NCBI GenBank assembly: GCA_002269645.1
Contig: NIVC01000538.1
Coordinates: forward strand, 1-64,000
Source of the DNA: Macrostomum lignano
Lineage: Eukaryota
Length of the DNA stretch: 64,000 nt
Reading direction: 5' to 3'
Positions 16,201-29,474 of this stretch are shown one piece after another (the first letter of the stretch is position 1; the number at the start of each line of letters is the position of its first letter). Under the pieces are notes generated by a model. It did not search any database. It was not told where the DNA came from and was given only the letters and a program-made list of their open reading frames with translations. The position numbers and the translations under genes were made by a program.

Positions 16201-18715
16201 GACTTTAAGAGGGCCTATAACAGGGTCTGGATTCGCGCTCTCTGTCTTAAGATCCGCAATGCGGGGTCCCCCCGCGGTTCTACCGTTTTCTTCGCAACCG
16301 TCGCGCCTCCGTCAGATGGGTCGGCAGCCTCAGCAGGGAGCGGGTCGTCCAAGACGGCCTTCGCCAAGTCAGCGTCCTGCCCCCCCCCCTCTGGTGGCTT
16401 CTCTACATTAATGACCTCCCGGCGGCAGTTGGCCTCGCCAGTCCTCTGTGCGAAATCAACCTTCACGCCGACGATAACAGCCTCATTGCCACGCATCGAA
16501 AACTGTCTGAATGTGCCAACATCCTCCAGCATGCCATCGACGCCGTCGTCGACTGGTGCAAGCGGTGGAAGGTCCTGCTGAGACACGAGAAGTACAAATA
16601 CGCCACTTTCACCCTGTGCCCGTCGGAAACCAACGGGAAAGCCCGACTTAACCTCAACATTAAAGGCCGGGACCTCAGTTTAAACCCGAACCCGCGGCTA
16701 CTTGGCGTTACCCTGGACGGTCAGCTGAATTTCGCGCAGTGCGGTGCCGAAGTCAGACGCCGCATGGCGGTCCGTCGCGCCGCCTTGGTAGCCATTGCCC
16801 ACCGCAGCTCCGGGGCCGACCAGAGGGTCCTCCGCACCGCCTACATCGCCACGGTCCGCGCCTGCGCCGACTACGGCAGTGCCATCTGGCTCAACGGCGC
16901 CGCACCGTCTACCAAACGTTCTATCAAGCAACAGCAATCCATTTGCGCCCGCCTCATCACGGGCTGCTGCAACACCACGCCGAATCACATCTCCGTCCGC
17001 CTTGCGGGACTGCCGCCCATCAGCACCGTCACTATCGAGCGCGCGGCTAACCTCGCAGAGCGGATCGCCAGGCTCCGCCCCACTGCCCAGCTTTCAAGAC
17101 CCTGTCACAAACCTGCTGACCCAGGCTAAAAAACCGCATCCACGACGAGCCCCCATTTCCGTCCTGCCGAGGCTGCTGCTTATGCCGAGGACGCCGACCT
17201 TGTCAGACTGGACCTCGACCGCTCGCGCCAGTTCAGGGGCTACTGGAGAAGAGATGCCTCCGAGCTCTCCATTGCAGTTGACCTCCAACACCGTCGCCGC
17301 GAGCGCGAACCGCGCCCAGCCCTTGGGACGTGTACGGCAACCCGGACGTCGCCTTTGATCTGACTGCCCGCACCGTGCGTCGCGACGCCCCCACCACTGA
17401 TCGGGCCTCTGCCGCGACCGACGCCATCGCCAGGGCTCTCACCTGCACTGCGGTCGCCTGGACTGACGGCTCGGCGGCTGGAGGGACTCGCAACGGCGGG
17501 GGCGCGGCTGTCATCGACCAGGACGGCATCCGTACCGTCATACGCCGTCCGGCCGGAGCACACTGCTGCAGCTTCACCGCCGAGCTGGTTGCCATCTCCG
17601 CCGCCCTCGAGCACTGCCGCAACGCGGCCCATCGGCCCAGCAGCCTCGCCATCCTCACCGACAGCCTCAGCTAGCACCCTCACCGCGCTCGAACGGGGGC
17701 CCATTGAGCAGCGCACTACGCTGGGCTCCGCCTGTTGGCATGCCATCGCTGACCTCGCCAGGAGCTTTAAGATCCAGTTCGTTTGGGTTCCTGACCGCGC
17801 GGGCCTGGGGAGGAACGAGGCCGCCGATACCGCCGCTGCCGAGGCCGCCTCGCTCCCGCAGCACGACGCCCCGATTAACCTCGCCCCGCCCGCACTGCTA
17901 TCCGTCGCGACCGCCGTGACCTCGATGCCCACGTTCTGGGCCCGGCGCTGAAGCCGCCCCCTTGCGGTAACCGCGCCGAAGTCGTGGCGCTTAACCAACT
18001 CCGTGCTGGGGTCAGCCTGCTCTGCGGCGCCACCGGTGCCGTCTCGGGCTGACACTGTCGAGCATCTACTCCGGCTCTGTCCACGGGGGGACGGTACGCC
18101 GACCTGCTGGACCCTCCGTCGCCCAAAGTCTTCGCACTTCTCCGTGCCATGGGGCGTTGGCCCCCATCTTTATTCGCGCCGTCGCGCTAGCCCAGACGTG
18201 CTGGGAATTGCAAGGAAGAAGAAGTTTAAATCTTGGGATTGCGGGAGACTCAGAATGTCGATCAGAGAAGCTATAAAGTAAAAGGGCAAACACTAAGAAC
18301 TAGGCTTAGGCACATTAGATAAAAACTGTAGTGGAATGAGAATGATATATTATATTCCACACCTCATTGATGGTGACAGCGGGGCCTATAAAACCATGCA
18401 AGCGTGCGGTGATGGGGGGGGGGTAGAAAAAGAAAGGAAGGAAGGCTTGCCGCTTGAGGAAGGGAGCACAGTCTATGTGCATACCCCTACCCATTGGCCA
18501 CTTGGAAATTATTTATTCTTATACATGTATACTACATTGATCTCTAGGGTGTGGATAGCAACTGTGCCCTCTCGTCGCTCCAGCTTGCAGCATTAGCTCC
18601 CAAGACTCAGAAAAGCCAAAGTCCAAAACTCCAACACTTGTTTAAAATTCTAAAAGGGCACATGCTAAAAGGTGGGGGCTCCAGCTCCCAATGCCCTCCG
18701 GTTCCGACACCCCTG
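13275..18715. mobile_element. Possible TA-flanked TIR element enclosing the LINE
   Basis: TA|cagcggtgtcggaac at 13275 and gttccgacacccctg|TA at 18701-18715 (14/15 inverted match); could be ends of two separate MITEs. Confidence 0.35.
14500..18222 (+). mobile_element. Degenerate I-group (Ingi/Nimb-like) non-LTR retrotransposon: APE-RT-RNase H-Cys/His tail
   Basis: APE GDFNAH and EDLGSDHLPI; RT PIPKKGKD..RPIAL, EQAGFRAGRST, LDFKRAY, HADD, LLGVTLD; RNase H WTDGS, AELVAI, LTDS, FVWVP..G..RNEAAD; TVEHLLRLCP; (AAG)n end. Multiple stops and frameshifts. Confidence 0.9.
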
Positions 18716-19410
18716 TACATATTTATATGACAATTGCGTCTGTTACATCTAGCAGAAGGCAGAAAGGGCAGAGGCAGAAACATGAAGGAAGAAAAAGCCC
18801 ACCAGGGGACTGACTGATTCTTTGGCTATGCTGTTGTCCATATACAAGAGTTCTGGAAAATATTGTAGTTTGTTTTTTAAAAACTTGACTTTCCTACGGG
18901 TGGTCTGTGGTTAAAACAAAAGTACTGTTCTAAAATTAAAGCGGATATTCAGAGAATATATAAATTAATTTCATTAGTTATAAATATAGTATTTCAAAAT
19001 AATTACTAGGCTATTTTTAAAAAGATTAACGCTCTGCAAAAAAATTGAATGATAGAAAGCTAACAAATTCCGCGGAGCCGACCGACCGGACCAAAGTCTA
19101 ATTAGTAAATCTGGCTCCTTCTCGATCGAGCTGTTAGTGTTAATGGTGTTAAGTGTGGCTGATCACAAATCTTGTGCATCAGAGTTGATTCCTTTGTACA
19201 TTGTTCGTGTGATTTGGTGGCTCATTTGATGGCAGTGTAAATAAGCCTTAAATGGCTGACTGTGTTGTGTTAATTAATGTGTTTGTTCTCTTAATTTTTT
19301 ATCTATATATACTTTATAGGGCCACCTAGGCCCAGGCCTAGCTAGCCTTTGGACAGCTGTCATGACTGTTAACTGACTATAAAGAATTTATTACTTATAT
19401 CACTAATCAG

Positions 19411-19900
19411 CAGTGATGGGCAGCGCTAAATTTATTATTTTTAGCGCTGCTAGGGCCTAATTAGCGCTGTCGCCAACTGTTGGAAGAAAAAATTAGCAAC
19501 CGCTAATAGCGGGCACTATTTCTACTTTCAATTTAGCGCAATTAGTGCCGCTAATTTTGAAATGCACTAATTAATAAATACATTTGATAAACTGCTATTT
19601 CACATATATTTATGCGTTTTTGCACATTTTTAACTGGCATTCCTTCAGTTTAGGCCTACAATCATTGAAATTAGTGACGATCCCCATTGGAGAGATAGGG
19701 AAGATACACAATTGTTGTTTATTTCATCAAAATGCAAAAAAACAGTAGATAAGCACTCCAATCCTTTTTATTTATCCATCATAACAGGAACACTAGCTGC
19801 ATGTTCAAATGAAAAAAGAAGGTAAAGGGGTTTATAGTGATCCATTTCACAGTTCCAAGAATCCAAAGATGATCCTATATATCCAGTTCGGTTTACGATC
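19411..19900 (-). mobile_element. Probable decayed hAT end with TAGCG subterminal repeats
   Basis: cagtgatggg TIR-like start, repeated tagcg/cgcta motifs, faint dimerisation-domain-like translation; partner TIR not found. Confidence 0.3.
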
Positions 19901-20679
19901 ATTTAAATGGAAGAGATACATGTAAATTATTGACATTGTGAACCAAAGCTAGCATATGTGTGTAACAGCCAACAGGGTTTTGGTGTTTTACAAGCTCTAT
20001 CAGAAATCGGTTCTATCTCTATACAACTATAGAACAAGCTCTATCAGACCCTACATTTATATATATGCCCATATATGCACAACAGTTGGCCAAGTTGGCC
20101 AACTGACCAATTTGGCAGCCAACCAAGGAAGTCGCAAAAATACCCACCCAAAAAATTACCCAAGTAGTAGTACTAAGTAGCTGATGAGGCATTTTGGCTT
20201 AATAAGACAGTAATAGTTACTCCTACCATTTACCCAAAGTTGCGTCAATTTTGCTTTAGGGTTTTTTACATGTGATGAACTAAGGACAGGTGGCAGCTTA
20301 CAAAGGGTGTCATTCACTTGTACATTTGCTCCTTGCACTATTTTAGAAGCAAGTGAGGCACCAAATAGCCAGATAAGCATACTTAAAATCAAACATTAAA
20401 ATAAAAAACATGTTTTTAGAATTTCATCACAGTAATTTTAAAAACACTGGCAATAGATTATATGTTGTCAATAGTTCTTAAAATATGTATGACATTCATG
20501 TTTTACTTTGCTTTGATTGATTGTAAAATTCTGAAAAGGCACGTGGTCCTTCAATGTATATTTTTATGCTAATGACTGTATAACCCAAGCCACTTGGTCA
20601 ACTCCTCTGCTTTATTGGCTTTGGAAAAGACAGTTTTGCCATTGGATCAAATGACTCAGTGTGAGGTTCAGCTTCTAGG

Positions 20680-20870
20680 CAATCAGCCTCAGCTTGGTGC
20701 TTAGCCTCAGCTTGATGCTTAGCTTCAGCTTGATGCTCAGCTTCAGCTCAAGGCTCAAGGCTCAAGGCAAATACTTTCACATGCTCAGCTTCAGCTCAAG
20801 ACTCTGCCTCTAGCCAATCAGCCTCAGCTCGACACTCTGCCTCCAGGCAATCAGCCTCAGCTTAATGTTT
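20680..20870. repeat. Short tandem repeat (tcagcctcagcttgatgc-like, 6/18-bp periodicity)
   Basis: Repeated tcagc(c/t)tcagct units. Confidence 0.6.
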
Positions 20871-22063
20871 AGTTGCTTCTAGATTTAGGTAAGGAACATC
20901 AGCTAATAGCTGACCCAAGAAGCTATCAGATTTGATTGAATGCTATGCATTCGCCATTAATATATTTTAGTCCTTGTCGCTGGTGGCCATCAACTCTAAA
21001 TCAAGATATGAGTCAAAGTCACTACTTATACTTCATAAGTCTAACAATGTGAACTAGTACATCAAATAAAGCTAAGCCATTGTTTCCCCAAACTTAAAGA
21101 TATGGTAGCAGGGAAAACTAAGATAATGGAATGTCAAGCACTTGTATGAGTTCTTGCTTATAGACAACAGTCCTTCATAAGAAAATGCAATGTTGTCTTG
21201 CAGATAAACTGATAAAAAGAATGAGTGTTGCTTCTGAATGTAAGCAAATACATTAGGTGTAACTTAACTTGCATAGGAGGAAAGAGCCTTTAGTAGATTT
21301 ATAATGGAGCAATTGAAACTATCAAATAAAGTATGCCTGTTCTCTTTGGTCATTGAATCTAAAAGTAAAAATCAATTAGCAATGAACTTTCTTATCTCAG
21401 AATTTAAAAATGTTTTTATTTAGGCCTAGCACAGAGATCCTGAACCTGCAGCCCGCGGGGCCTTTTTTGTGCAGCCCGTGGCAATTTCTAGTAGTTTGCA
21501 TTACATGTGGCTAGCCAAGTCTATTACTAGATTTTACTGCAGCCCTCAAAATGTTGCCTCCAACTCATTTGGATTGCTATTTTAGCACTCCTAGTGCACA
21601 AATGTATATGCAGTCAAGAGTTGAAGTGAAAAATAGGAAGGAATACTAGCTAATATCAATAAGGTTCAAGGCAAAGGAGGTGGGGGTTAGGGGGTTAAAA
21701 GGGTTGGGGGTAGGGAGAGATGGGAAGAGCATGTAGCCTATATATCCCAAGTTAGTTGTCAATGTGGCTTGCCGCCAGGGTCCAAGGCTGGGGACCCCTG
21801 GCCTAGCACTTAGGCAAATAGATTATATCAAATAGAATTAAAAAATCCTACCAAAGGGTTTAAAAGCCCTAGTCATAATCAAAACTTATAATATATATAC
21901 CTAAAAACAATGGATAATAACCTAGGCATAGTTTAAATCATATTGAATATATATTAGAATGCCCCAAACTAAATTTACAAATATATTTTGACACTAAGCA
22001 GATGTATACCAATGCTAAGCATGTCTATGAAATTTAATATACATTGTTTCCTAGGGGTGACAA

Positions 22064-25000
22064 CAGTGGTCCTAGCAAGTAGGTCACTGATTTTTTACAC
22101 CATTCTATTTTTTGCGCTTAGCTCAATGCGGTACACTGTGACAAAAATGTCAGCAAAAATACAAACTGTGTTGATGTTTGATGCAACTACAACTACCTGA
22201 TAGTCAATTTTAGTCTACCACTTATATTGTTTTTAGAAATGATTCCAGCAACCAAGGATTACAAACAAAATATCTGTAGCATTTTAGTTTTCTTATTTTA
22301 TTCCAGTTTATAAATAACAATAAAATTTAAAGGATTACAAAAAACAGCAGGAAGTTAGACAAGACCTACTACTAACTTAGCAATAAAACAGAATTAATTT
22401 CCAGCCAGTACATGAAATTCAACTTTAATAGCCTACGTAGCACAAGACTAAATAATGTAACATTTGAAGATTGAAAAGAATTAAGTACATAATATGAGTA
22501 TATTATTTGCATTTCATTTTAAGTAAGTGAAGTAAGTAACAAATAGAATTTAGTAATATAAACTCTAGATTGCATTCGGTCTAGATCTAGGCAAAGGCTA
22601 CTTAGCAACAAGTACTACCTTTGCTGAATATTTAAGAAAAAAAGATACAAGAAACTGTTTTCGTCTATAAACTAACAATACATGTAACTTTCAGTCATAG
22701 CTGATAACACATCATCAGTACCTTTCTGCTCCTGTTGAATTTATAGACTGTAGCCCATCTTCAGAATATGAGATCTAGGTTTGAACAGAGCAATGGGATT
22801 TAAGCCATGTTGCAGACAGTTGGCATCATTAAAGAACAGTTCTGCGTGATAATAGATTCATTATAAATATAGCCAAATAGGTTAAATGTACATGTCGGTG
22901 ATTCACTATCATTGAAGGCTAATTACTAATGCTTTGGGATTTTAGGCAGCAATTGTACTGGCACTGTGCCTGCAGCTTCTAAGCTGGCCAGTGCTAGTTC
23001 AGATGCCTTTCGCTTGATCACATTTTTGGTCACATGCTCCACTTCTTTCAATCTGAGCTACTGAATTTTGTGAAGCTCCTTTCTTACTATCTCAATTTCA
23101 TGCTGCCACTTCTCTTTGGCTCTCTGAACATTTAATAGCAATTGGTGGGTGATCTCCTTCTCCTTAAGCTTAGCCTCTAACTCCTTTTCTTTTTTGACAA
23201 TTTTCTCCTGAAAACTTGAAATGACCTTGCTGGCCTGCTTCTCGGCTTGAACTTTGAGAGTGAGCAATTTGGCTAGCTCCTTTGAATGCCATGCCTCCTT
23301 AGCAGCTGCCTTGTCATTGAGTCTTTGGCAGTATTATGCGTAGGTGCTATTGCATAAGTTTAGCAGACCAGTTATGACTGGTAGAGTAGCAGCAGTCCAT
23401 TGCTTGAGTTGAAGGCAGGAACATGTTACAATAAATGCCCTGATTGTTTTGGGTTTTAAAACTGAGCATTTCTTTGTGACTGTGTCATTCAATGTGCTAA
23501 ATATGCTTAACCTCCACATTTTTATGAGGAAGGATCAAAATTGCTCGGACAAGTCGGATTAGCAAAGGATGCTTCTTACCCAGTCAATTCAAAAGTGCCA
23601 ATAGGGCAAAGAAAAGCAAGCTTTTTGATTCCCTCAAAGTCAGAAATGAGCATTTCAAATTGCCTTGATCCACATCCCCCAAAAACTCAAAGAAACAGTA
23701 AACTTCTCTAACTAGGTTTTCAGTCTCAATACCAAGCTCAAGCAGCACAAGCATGCTTCAAAACGTTAGTGATGTGATGAAGGGAACAACTGCCAAGGTC
23801 AACAATGTTGGAGAAACCTGCATCTGTCTTAAGCCAGAATTCAACACCATTCTTCAATCTACGCATTGCATTGCAGTTATTGCTCATAGCAGACAGACAG
23901 TTTGCCTTCACCAGGTCTGTGGAATTAATTGCCTTTGAAATTGTCATCGTAATCTGCTCCACCATAGTTGATTGCAGCTGCAATAGGTCAAGGCAAACAA
24001 CCTTGACATTGAATGAATTCTTTTTGAAGATACCAAGCAATGATGCTAAGAAATTTCTTTCCTTTGTTTACCTCATCAACTTGCAGAGAAAAAAAACTGG
24101 CTTCACAAATCTCAGTGAGCACAAATTCTCTGATGTATGAAAATAGCGCATCGATCAAAAAGTAGGTAATTTTAGTGGTACCCAGTTGTATTTGACTTGG
24201 AATTTTCGAGTCAGGGCACATCACATGCAAATCATCCACAAAGTTGTCCTCAGAGAGAAAACTATACAACTTTAGCACAATTCTGTCAACATAGCAAATC
24301 TCCAAACTTCTGGCTGCACTTCCAAGAATAGCTCCAGCTCCTGAAGGTCCTTCAGAGTCACGTGGCAGAACCTGTATAGGAAAGGGCATGCAATTCATCT
24401 GAGCTACAGAAATTCGCTTGGCTTTTCAGAGTCATTATGCCACTATTGTAAAAAAAATCCATCTTGCACCATTTGCAGTTGACCTTTTTTATTTTGCATT
24501 TGCATCTCTTTCATATCAAATAGCCCATAGGAAGATTTTGTCCCCATTTTTGTTTGTCTCATTCAGCTAATCGTCACTCCATGTAACATTTTTGGCTTTT
24601 TCATAGATGTCATTGATGGGCTTCTTGATAGCTGAAAAAAGCAGTTAAAAAAGTAAAGCATATGCTATACTTAAACATTTCAGTGACTTTTCTAACATGC
24701 AGCTTTGAGCTCTGTAATATTGAAACTGGTATCTAAACTTTCACTACAAGTACTTACAGCACATATAATGGAAACTGCATGTCACTGTCAAATTGCAAAG
24801 TTAAAAAAATTCTTATCTCAATGCTATTTGACTATGTAAAATAGGCTTGAAATGCAACAGAACAAAAATAAGGCACAAAAGATTGCTTGTAACAGAAAAA
24901 GTAAAAGCTTGATCTAAAGACATCTGCAAGTGTATTTTTAGTTAGACACATAAACACAATTGATCTTGCATTGCCAAGAAAAGCTAGAAGCATGAGCTTT

Positions 25001-25110
25001 TGAAAATTTTGGGCCAATCAGTGGCAAAAAATTCGCGCCATTGCTATAAAATTTGCGCATTTGTGCCTCATTTGTGCCAGGCACAAATTTGTGGCCCACT
25101 AGGACCACTG
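22064..25110 (-). mobile_element. hAT DNA transposon, 3047 bp, with TIRs and 8-bp TSD
   Basis: Perfect 12-bp TIR cagtggtcctag (22064-22075) / ctaggaccactg (25099-25110); TSD ggtgacaa at 22056-22063 and 25111-25118. Confidence 0.92.
22950..24620 (-). pseudogene. hAT-family transposase, disrupted
   Basis: BED-like VNCKWCK, CPDSKI..LGTTKITY, FSLQVDE, SNNCNAMR..NGV, GSCSLHH, coiled-coil tail; broken into several ORFs. Confidence 0.8.
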
Positions 25111-26422
25111 GGTGACAACATCTATTTCAGCTTAAAATAGAGCTAGATAGTATGATTAGACTGCCTCCCTTGTTGTTGCTAAGAATTTATTATCTATAAA
25201 AGATTGGTTATTATTATTGTTACTGATTTTAAAGCAAAAAGATGCATCTTGATTAGAATTATCACAATTGAGCACAAAGTCTAGTGAGTGCATAAGCCCT
25301 TTTCAGCTTGTTTGTACATATAAGTATTGGCATAAAACAATAAACAAATGATAGGCTTGACAAGTGTGCTACAAAAGATCCTTTTTATCATATGTTCTTT
25401 TAAAAAAAGAACAAGGTGAACAAATAAATTCAAACTCAAACTGACATTGTTATAATCACATTTTTAGATAAACAAAAAAGAATAGAGTTGAAGAATATTA
25501 TATAAAGTACTAACACAAAAAGCAACAGATAAAGCATAGCTACTGAAAATAGATATATTAATAGATATAGACATATTTTAATATATTAATTAATTAAATA
25601 ATATTCGAATTGTCAAAGTTTAACTTTCTTTTGTAAAAGAACAATAATGAAGATATAAAAATCATTAGCAATCATGTGTGCCATGCAATACATTGGTATA
25701 CTGTGATATGCCTAGTATATAGCAATTGTGCATATTGACAATTATACATTTTTCATTTGCATGCCATGCATATTGAGGTTTTACAATATATGCTAGAAAA
25801 TTCAGGCATATAATACATTTTCCAGAGTATAGTTAATAGTTTTATATTGATTTATTCTAAGCTTCATTCATATTAGCCTAATCCATAGTCAAAAAGATGT
25901 CAAGGCTTATACCAAAATTTTCTATAGCATTTTTGTTTTCTTGGGCCATATGCCAAAAATGTTTTGGACTATCAGTTTTTGCTGTGTGTTTGATGATATA
26001 ATAAAAATGAAAATTGATTACACCTGCTTTAATGGGTAGATATATAACCAACAGCTCTGCTACAGCTATTTTGAAGGCTATTTTGTACTTTAATAGTGCT
26101 GTAGCTATTTTGTACTTATACTTTATTTAAGCCCAGAAATAAAGTATAATATAGTTTTTCTACTAGTTCTTATTTCAACCTAGTTCCTCAAATAAACTAA
26201 AGTAAGTATACTTTTTGCATACTAATGTATATGAACCAACACAAATACAAACCAAGCATATAGCCAGGGTGTCTATGGAGGTTTTATTTTTGAAGCAAGA
26301 AATGGTATGTAGTCTTATACTAACTACCACTTATACTAACTTCTTAAAAATAACTTAAAAGTTGCAATATTTAGAAATAGTAATTTTACGTATTGTTTAA
26401 AAAAACCTGCTTCACTCATGCA

Positions 26423-26701
26423 ATGGCCAAGCGCACAAAGAAGGTCGGCATTGTTGGCAAGTACGCCACCCGCTACGGCGCCTCCCTGCGTAAGACTGTG
26501 AAAAAGATTGAAATCCAGCAGCATAGCAAGTACACCTGCTCGTTCTGCGGCAAAGACGCCCTGCGCCGTCAGGCTGTTGGAATCTGGCACTGCCGCGGCT
26601 GCCGCAAGACCCTCGCCGGCGGGGCCTACGTCTGCTCCACCACCGCCGCTGTCACCACCAGGGCTGCAATCAGGCGTCTTCGCGAGCTCACCGAGGGTTG
26701 A
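26423..26701 (+). CDS. RPL37A: 60S ribosomal protein eL43 (L37a), intronless, 92 aa
   Basis: [24 protein letters not shown]...CSFCGK...GIWHCRGC; C4 zinc finger and expected length. Confidence 0.95.
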   Translation: MAKRTKKVGIVGKYATRYGASLRKTVKKIEIQQHSKYTCSFCGKDALRRQAVGIWHCRGCRKTLAGGAYVCSTTAAVTTRAAIRRLRELTEG

Positions 26702-27902
26702 AGAATCTTCTGGCTGACTTCAAAGGAACAAGATTGAATGATTGTATCTGAAATGATTGATTGCAAGCTAGTTGGCTGAGTAAAAGTGGAACCCTCTGCG
26801 TTGCTAGTTGCGCTCAAGTTGCAACCAAGTTTGCCTGGAAACCGTGTGACTTTTTCTTTTTATTTCATCTTTTTTTCTACAGTCAAATTGAAGAATAAGC
26901 TGTTGCAATAAGGCTGTGTCTTTTCAAAAAAGTGTAGCGAATATTACGAGAATAAGCCGTAGCTTACGATTTAGTTTTTACAGAAAATACGTATTATTGA
27001 CATTTTCCATTATCTTTCAAAACTTTTTTGGAAAAATAAAAAAAACTTCTGTCGACACTCGAATTCACAAGTAACTTTAACTAGATGGCTCACACAGGAG
27101 CTTGCAAGCCTAATTCAGTTAAGTAGAAAGCTAAATAAGGTATTTTATTGTATTTTAGAAGACCCGTTAATATATCCGAACCCCCCCCCCCGCCGCGCGT
27201 TTCCGCACAAAATCTGCCCCGCCCCAATTTTTTATTGCCATTCTTTGCTCCAGCCTAAAGCTGCTATGTACATTATATAGACTAGTTTATTGGCTCTCTC
27301 ACCCCCCCCCCTCAGCTGCGCTTTCTGGCCGCGCATTTTTGCACAAAATCTCTACCCCCACCCCCATTTTTATTGCCTTCTTCGGTGCTCCAGTCTAAAG
27401 CTGCCTGTCGTGTACATGTCAGTAGCTCTGGCCATGTACATTATGACTGCACCAATAGTGAGTTGTTTACGCCTGCAAGTCACACCAGCCGCCTTTCTTT
27501 TTATGAAATAGCTTACGCATTCTTCCTTGCTACTGAACTAAAAGTAGAGAAACTGTTGCTTGAGTGGTCCTAGAGTTTATTGTAGCTTTGGGGTCGAAAC
27601 TAGATAGCAGTTTATAACAATTTTATTCAATTTAAACATGGGAGTGGGCTTTTTAGCTATATGTGTTAGTACATGGGCGTTAATTACTTCTGTAATACAG
27701 ATTAAGCTCAGGTACTGGGCTATCTGCTGTTTGTAGTTTAAAAAATAGCTGTGATTGTAGGACAATAAGAGTTTGGGGAAGAGTTGGTACTCCAGATTCT
27801 ACCTGTAATTGCCACAGAAGTCCCCTATTTTATAATCATTTGTTGCATAACGTTAACGTCATCTGACCTGGATTTCACTTGCTGTCTCAAAGCACTAACT
27901 AG

Positions 27903-29474
27903 ATGATGTCGCAGCCATGGTACGCTCAGTATCCCATGCCGCCCGGCTGGGAGATGAAGTACGATTTCACTAATAAGCGCTACTTCTACATTGACCACAC
28001 CAACAAGGTTACTAGTTGGGACGACCCGCGCCAGAAATACTACGCTGCCGGCGCGGCCTCTTCTTCTGGCGCCGCCGGTTCATCGACATCTGGAGCCCGA
28101 TTGTCGCCTCGACCGGTGTCGCCAAGGCCGGTGCAGCAGCAGCAACAGCAGCAACAGCAGCTGCTGTACCAACAGCAACAGCAGCAGCAGCGTCAGATGC
28201 AGCAACAACAGCATCAGCAGCAGCACAGACAGCAGCAGCGCAGTCGTCGCGAAAGCAGCAGCAGCGAAGATCGGAACAGTTTCACCGCCGAAGTGACCAG
28301 CGATGATTATGAGATTACTAGGCTGCAGCTCAGATTTCCCAATGAGGACGTGGCCAAACTGCGCCAGGCCTTGGCCGCCTGTCACAGCAGCGTGGACGCC
28401 GCCACCAAGTGGCTCAACGATGCCAAGGCCGCCGAGGAGGCCAAAAAGCACGAGGCGCAACTGCTAGTTAAGGCAAAAAATATACATTTTGAGTTTCCAA
28501 CTTGCAGTCTGGACGTTATTAAGGATCTGCTAAACCAGTCGAATAGCTCTGTACCCAAAGTGAAAGCTCAGCTGGCTAGTATGGGCTACAGCTCCGGGAC
28601 TGGAGCCTCGAGCTCGCGGCCGCAGCAGCCACCAGCCGCTTCGTCATCGAATTCGAGCCACCCACCGCCGAAGGCTGCGCAGCATCACCAGCCTAAGAAG
28701 TCCATGCAGATTCAGCACGGCAACGAAGAAGAGGAACTCGCCACCAAAATTGAATGCTTGTACGAAGCTTTCCCCAGCGTGAGCAAGGCTCAAATCAAGC
28801 GCACTTTGCTGTCCTGCCAGTCGCGAATGTACGAAACTCGGCAGGAACTAAAAAATCTCGTCTCCAACTCGGCCGCGACAGGTAGCGCCGAAGTTGGCGC
28901 CGGAAGCGGCTCCAGCGCTCCTGTTGGCGATGGCGCCCACGCCTCCAAAGCCTCGGCTGCTGCTTCCGCCGCCGTCGTGGCTAAAGATGCCGAGGAACGC
29001 CAGCGGAATTCTCGCCAATCCGCCGAGGCGAAGGCGGAGACCCGCCGAGAGACTTTGGTGGACCAGATGATGGCTGAGTTCCCCGGCGTTGCCAGCGTCA
29101 GCGGCGTCACTGAGCTGCTTCAACGGTACTCCGACGATGCCGACAAAGTGCGTGCCGCTCTTGCCGCCGAGGCCGCCACCCCGGCTGTCTCAGCCTCTGC
29201 TGCACCGGCGGCCTCCGCTGCTGAAGCTTCCACCAGCTCGTCTGCTTCAGCAGCTGCTTCTAAAAAGAACAAGAGGACATCAAAGCAGACGGCTAAGCCG
29301 GGAACGGTCACGGCTGTAGCCGGCAGCTGCAGCAGCAACCGGGCTGGCCCGGACCCGGCCATGCGCCAGGGCCCCGACCCGGAGCTGCTCAGCGGCCCGG
29401 ACCCGCAACTGCGACTAGGACCCGCTGCCAGTCTGGCTAGGGGACCTGACCCCACCCTGCTGCTGGCGCACTAA
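27903..29474 (+). CDS. WW-domain protein with polyQ, four CUE-like repeats and GPDP repeats, single exon
   Basis: PPGWEMKYD...FYIDHTNKVTSWDDPR WW; four L/M..EFP......I/L..LL-type repeats; C-terminal GPDP x4; 523-aa open frame. Confidence 0.8.
   Translation: MMSQPWYAQYPMPPGWEMKYDFTNKRYFYIDHTNKVTSWDDPRQKYYAAGAASSSGAAGSSTSGARLSPRPVSPRPVQQQQQQQQQLLYQQQQQQQRQMQQQQHQQQHRQQQRSRRESSSSEDRNSFTAEVTSDDYEITRLQLRFPNEDVAKLRQALAACHSSVDAATKWLNDAKAAEEAKKHEAQLLVKAKNIHFEFPTCSLDVIKDLLNQSNSSVPKVKAQLASMGYSSGTGASSSRPQQPPAASSSNSSHPPPKAAQHHQPKKSMQIQHGNEEEELATKIECLYEAFPSVSKAQIKRTLLSCQSRMYETRQELKNLVSNSAATGSAEVGAGSGSSAPVGDGAHASKASAAASAAVVAKDAEERQRNSRQSAEAKAETRRETLVDQMMAEFPGVASVSGVTELLQRYSDDADKVRAALAAEAATPAVSASAAPAASAAEASTSSSASAAASKKNKRTSKQTAKPGTVTAVAGSCSSNRAGPDPAMRQGPDPELLSGPDPQLRLGPAASLARGPDPTLLLAH

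Noticed and set aside
21675-21725. ttaggggg telomere-like G-rich patch
   Set aside because: No regular TTAGGG periodicity; too short.
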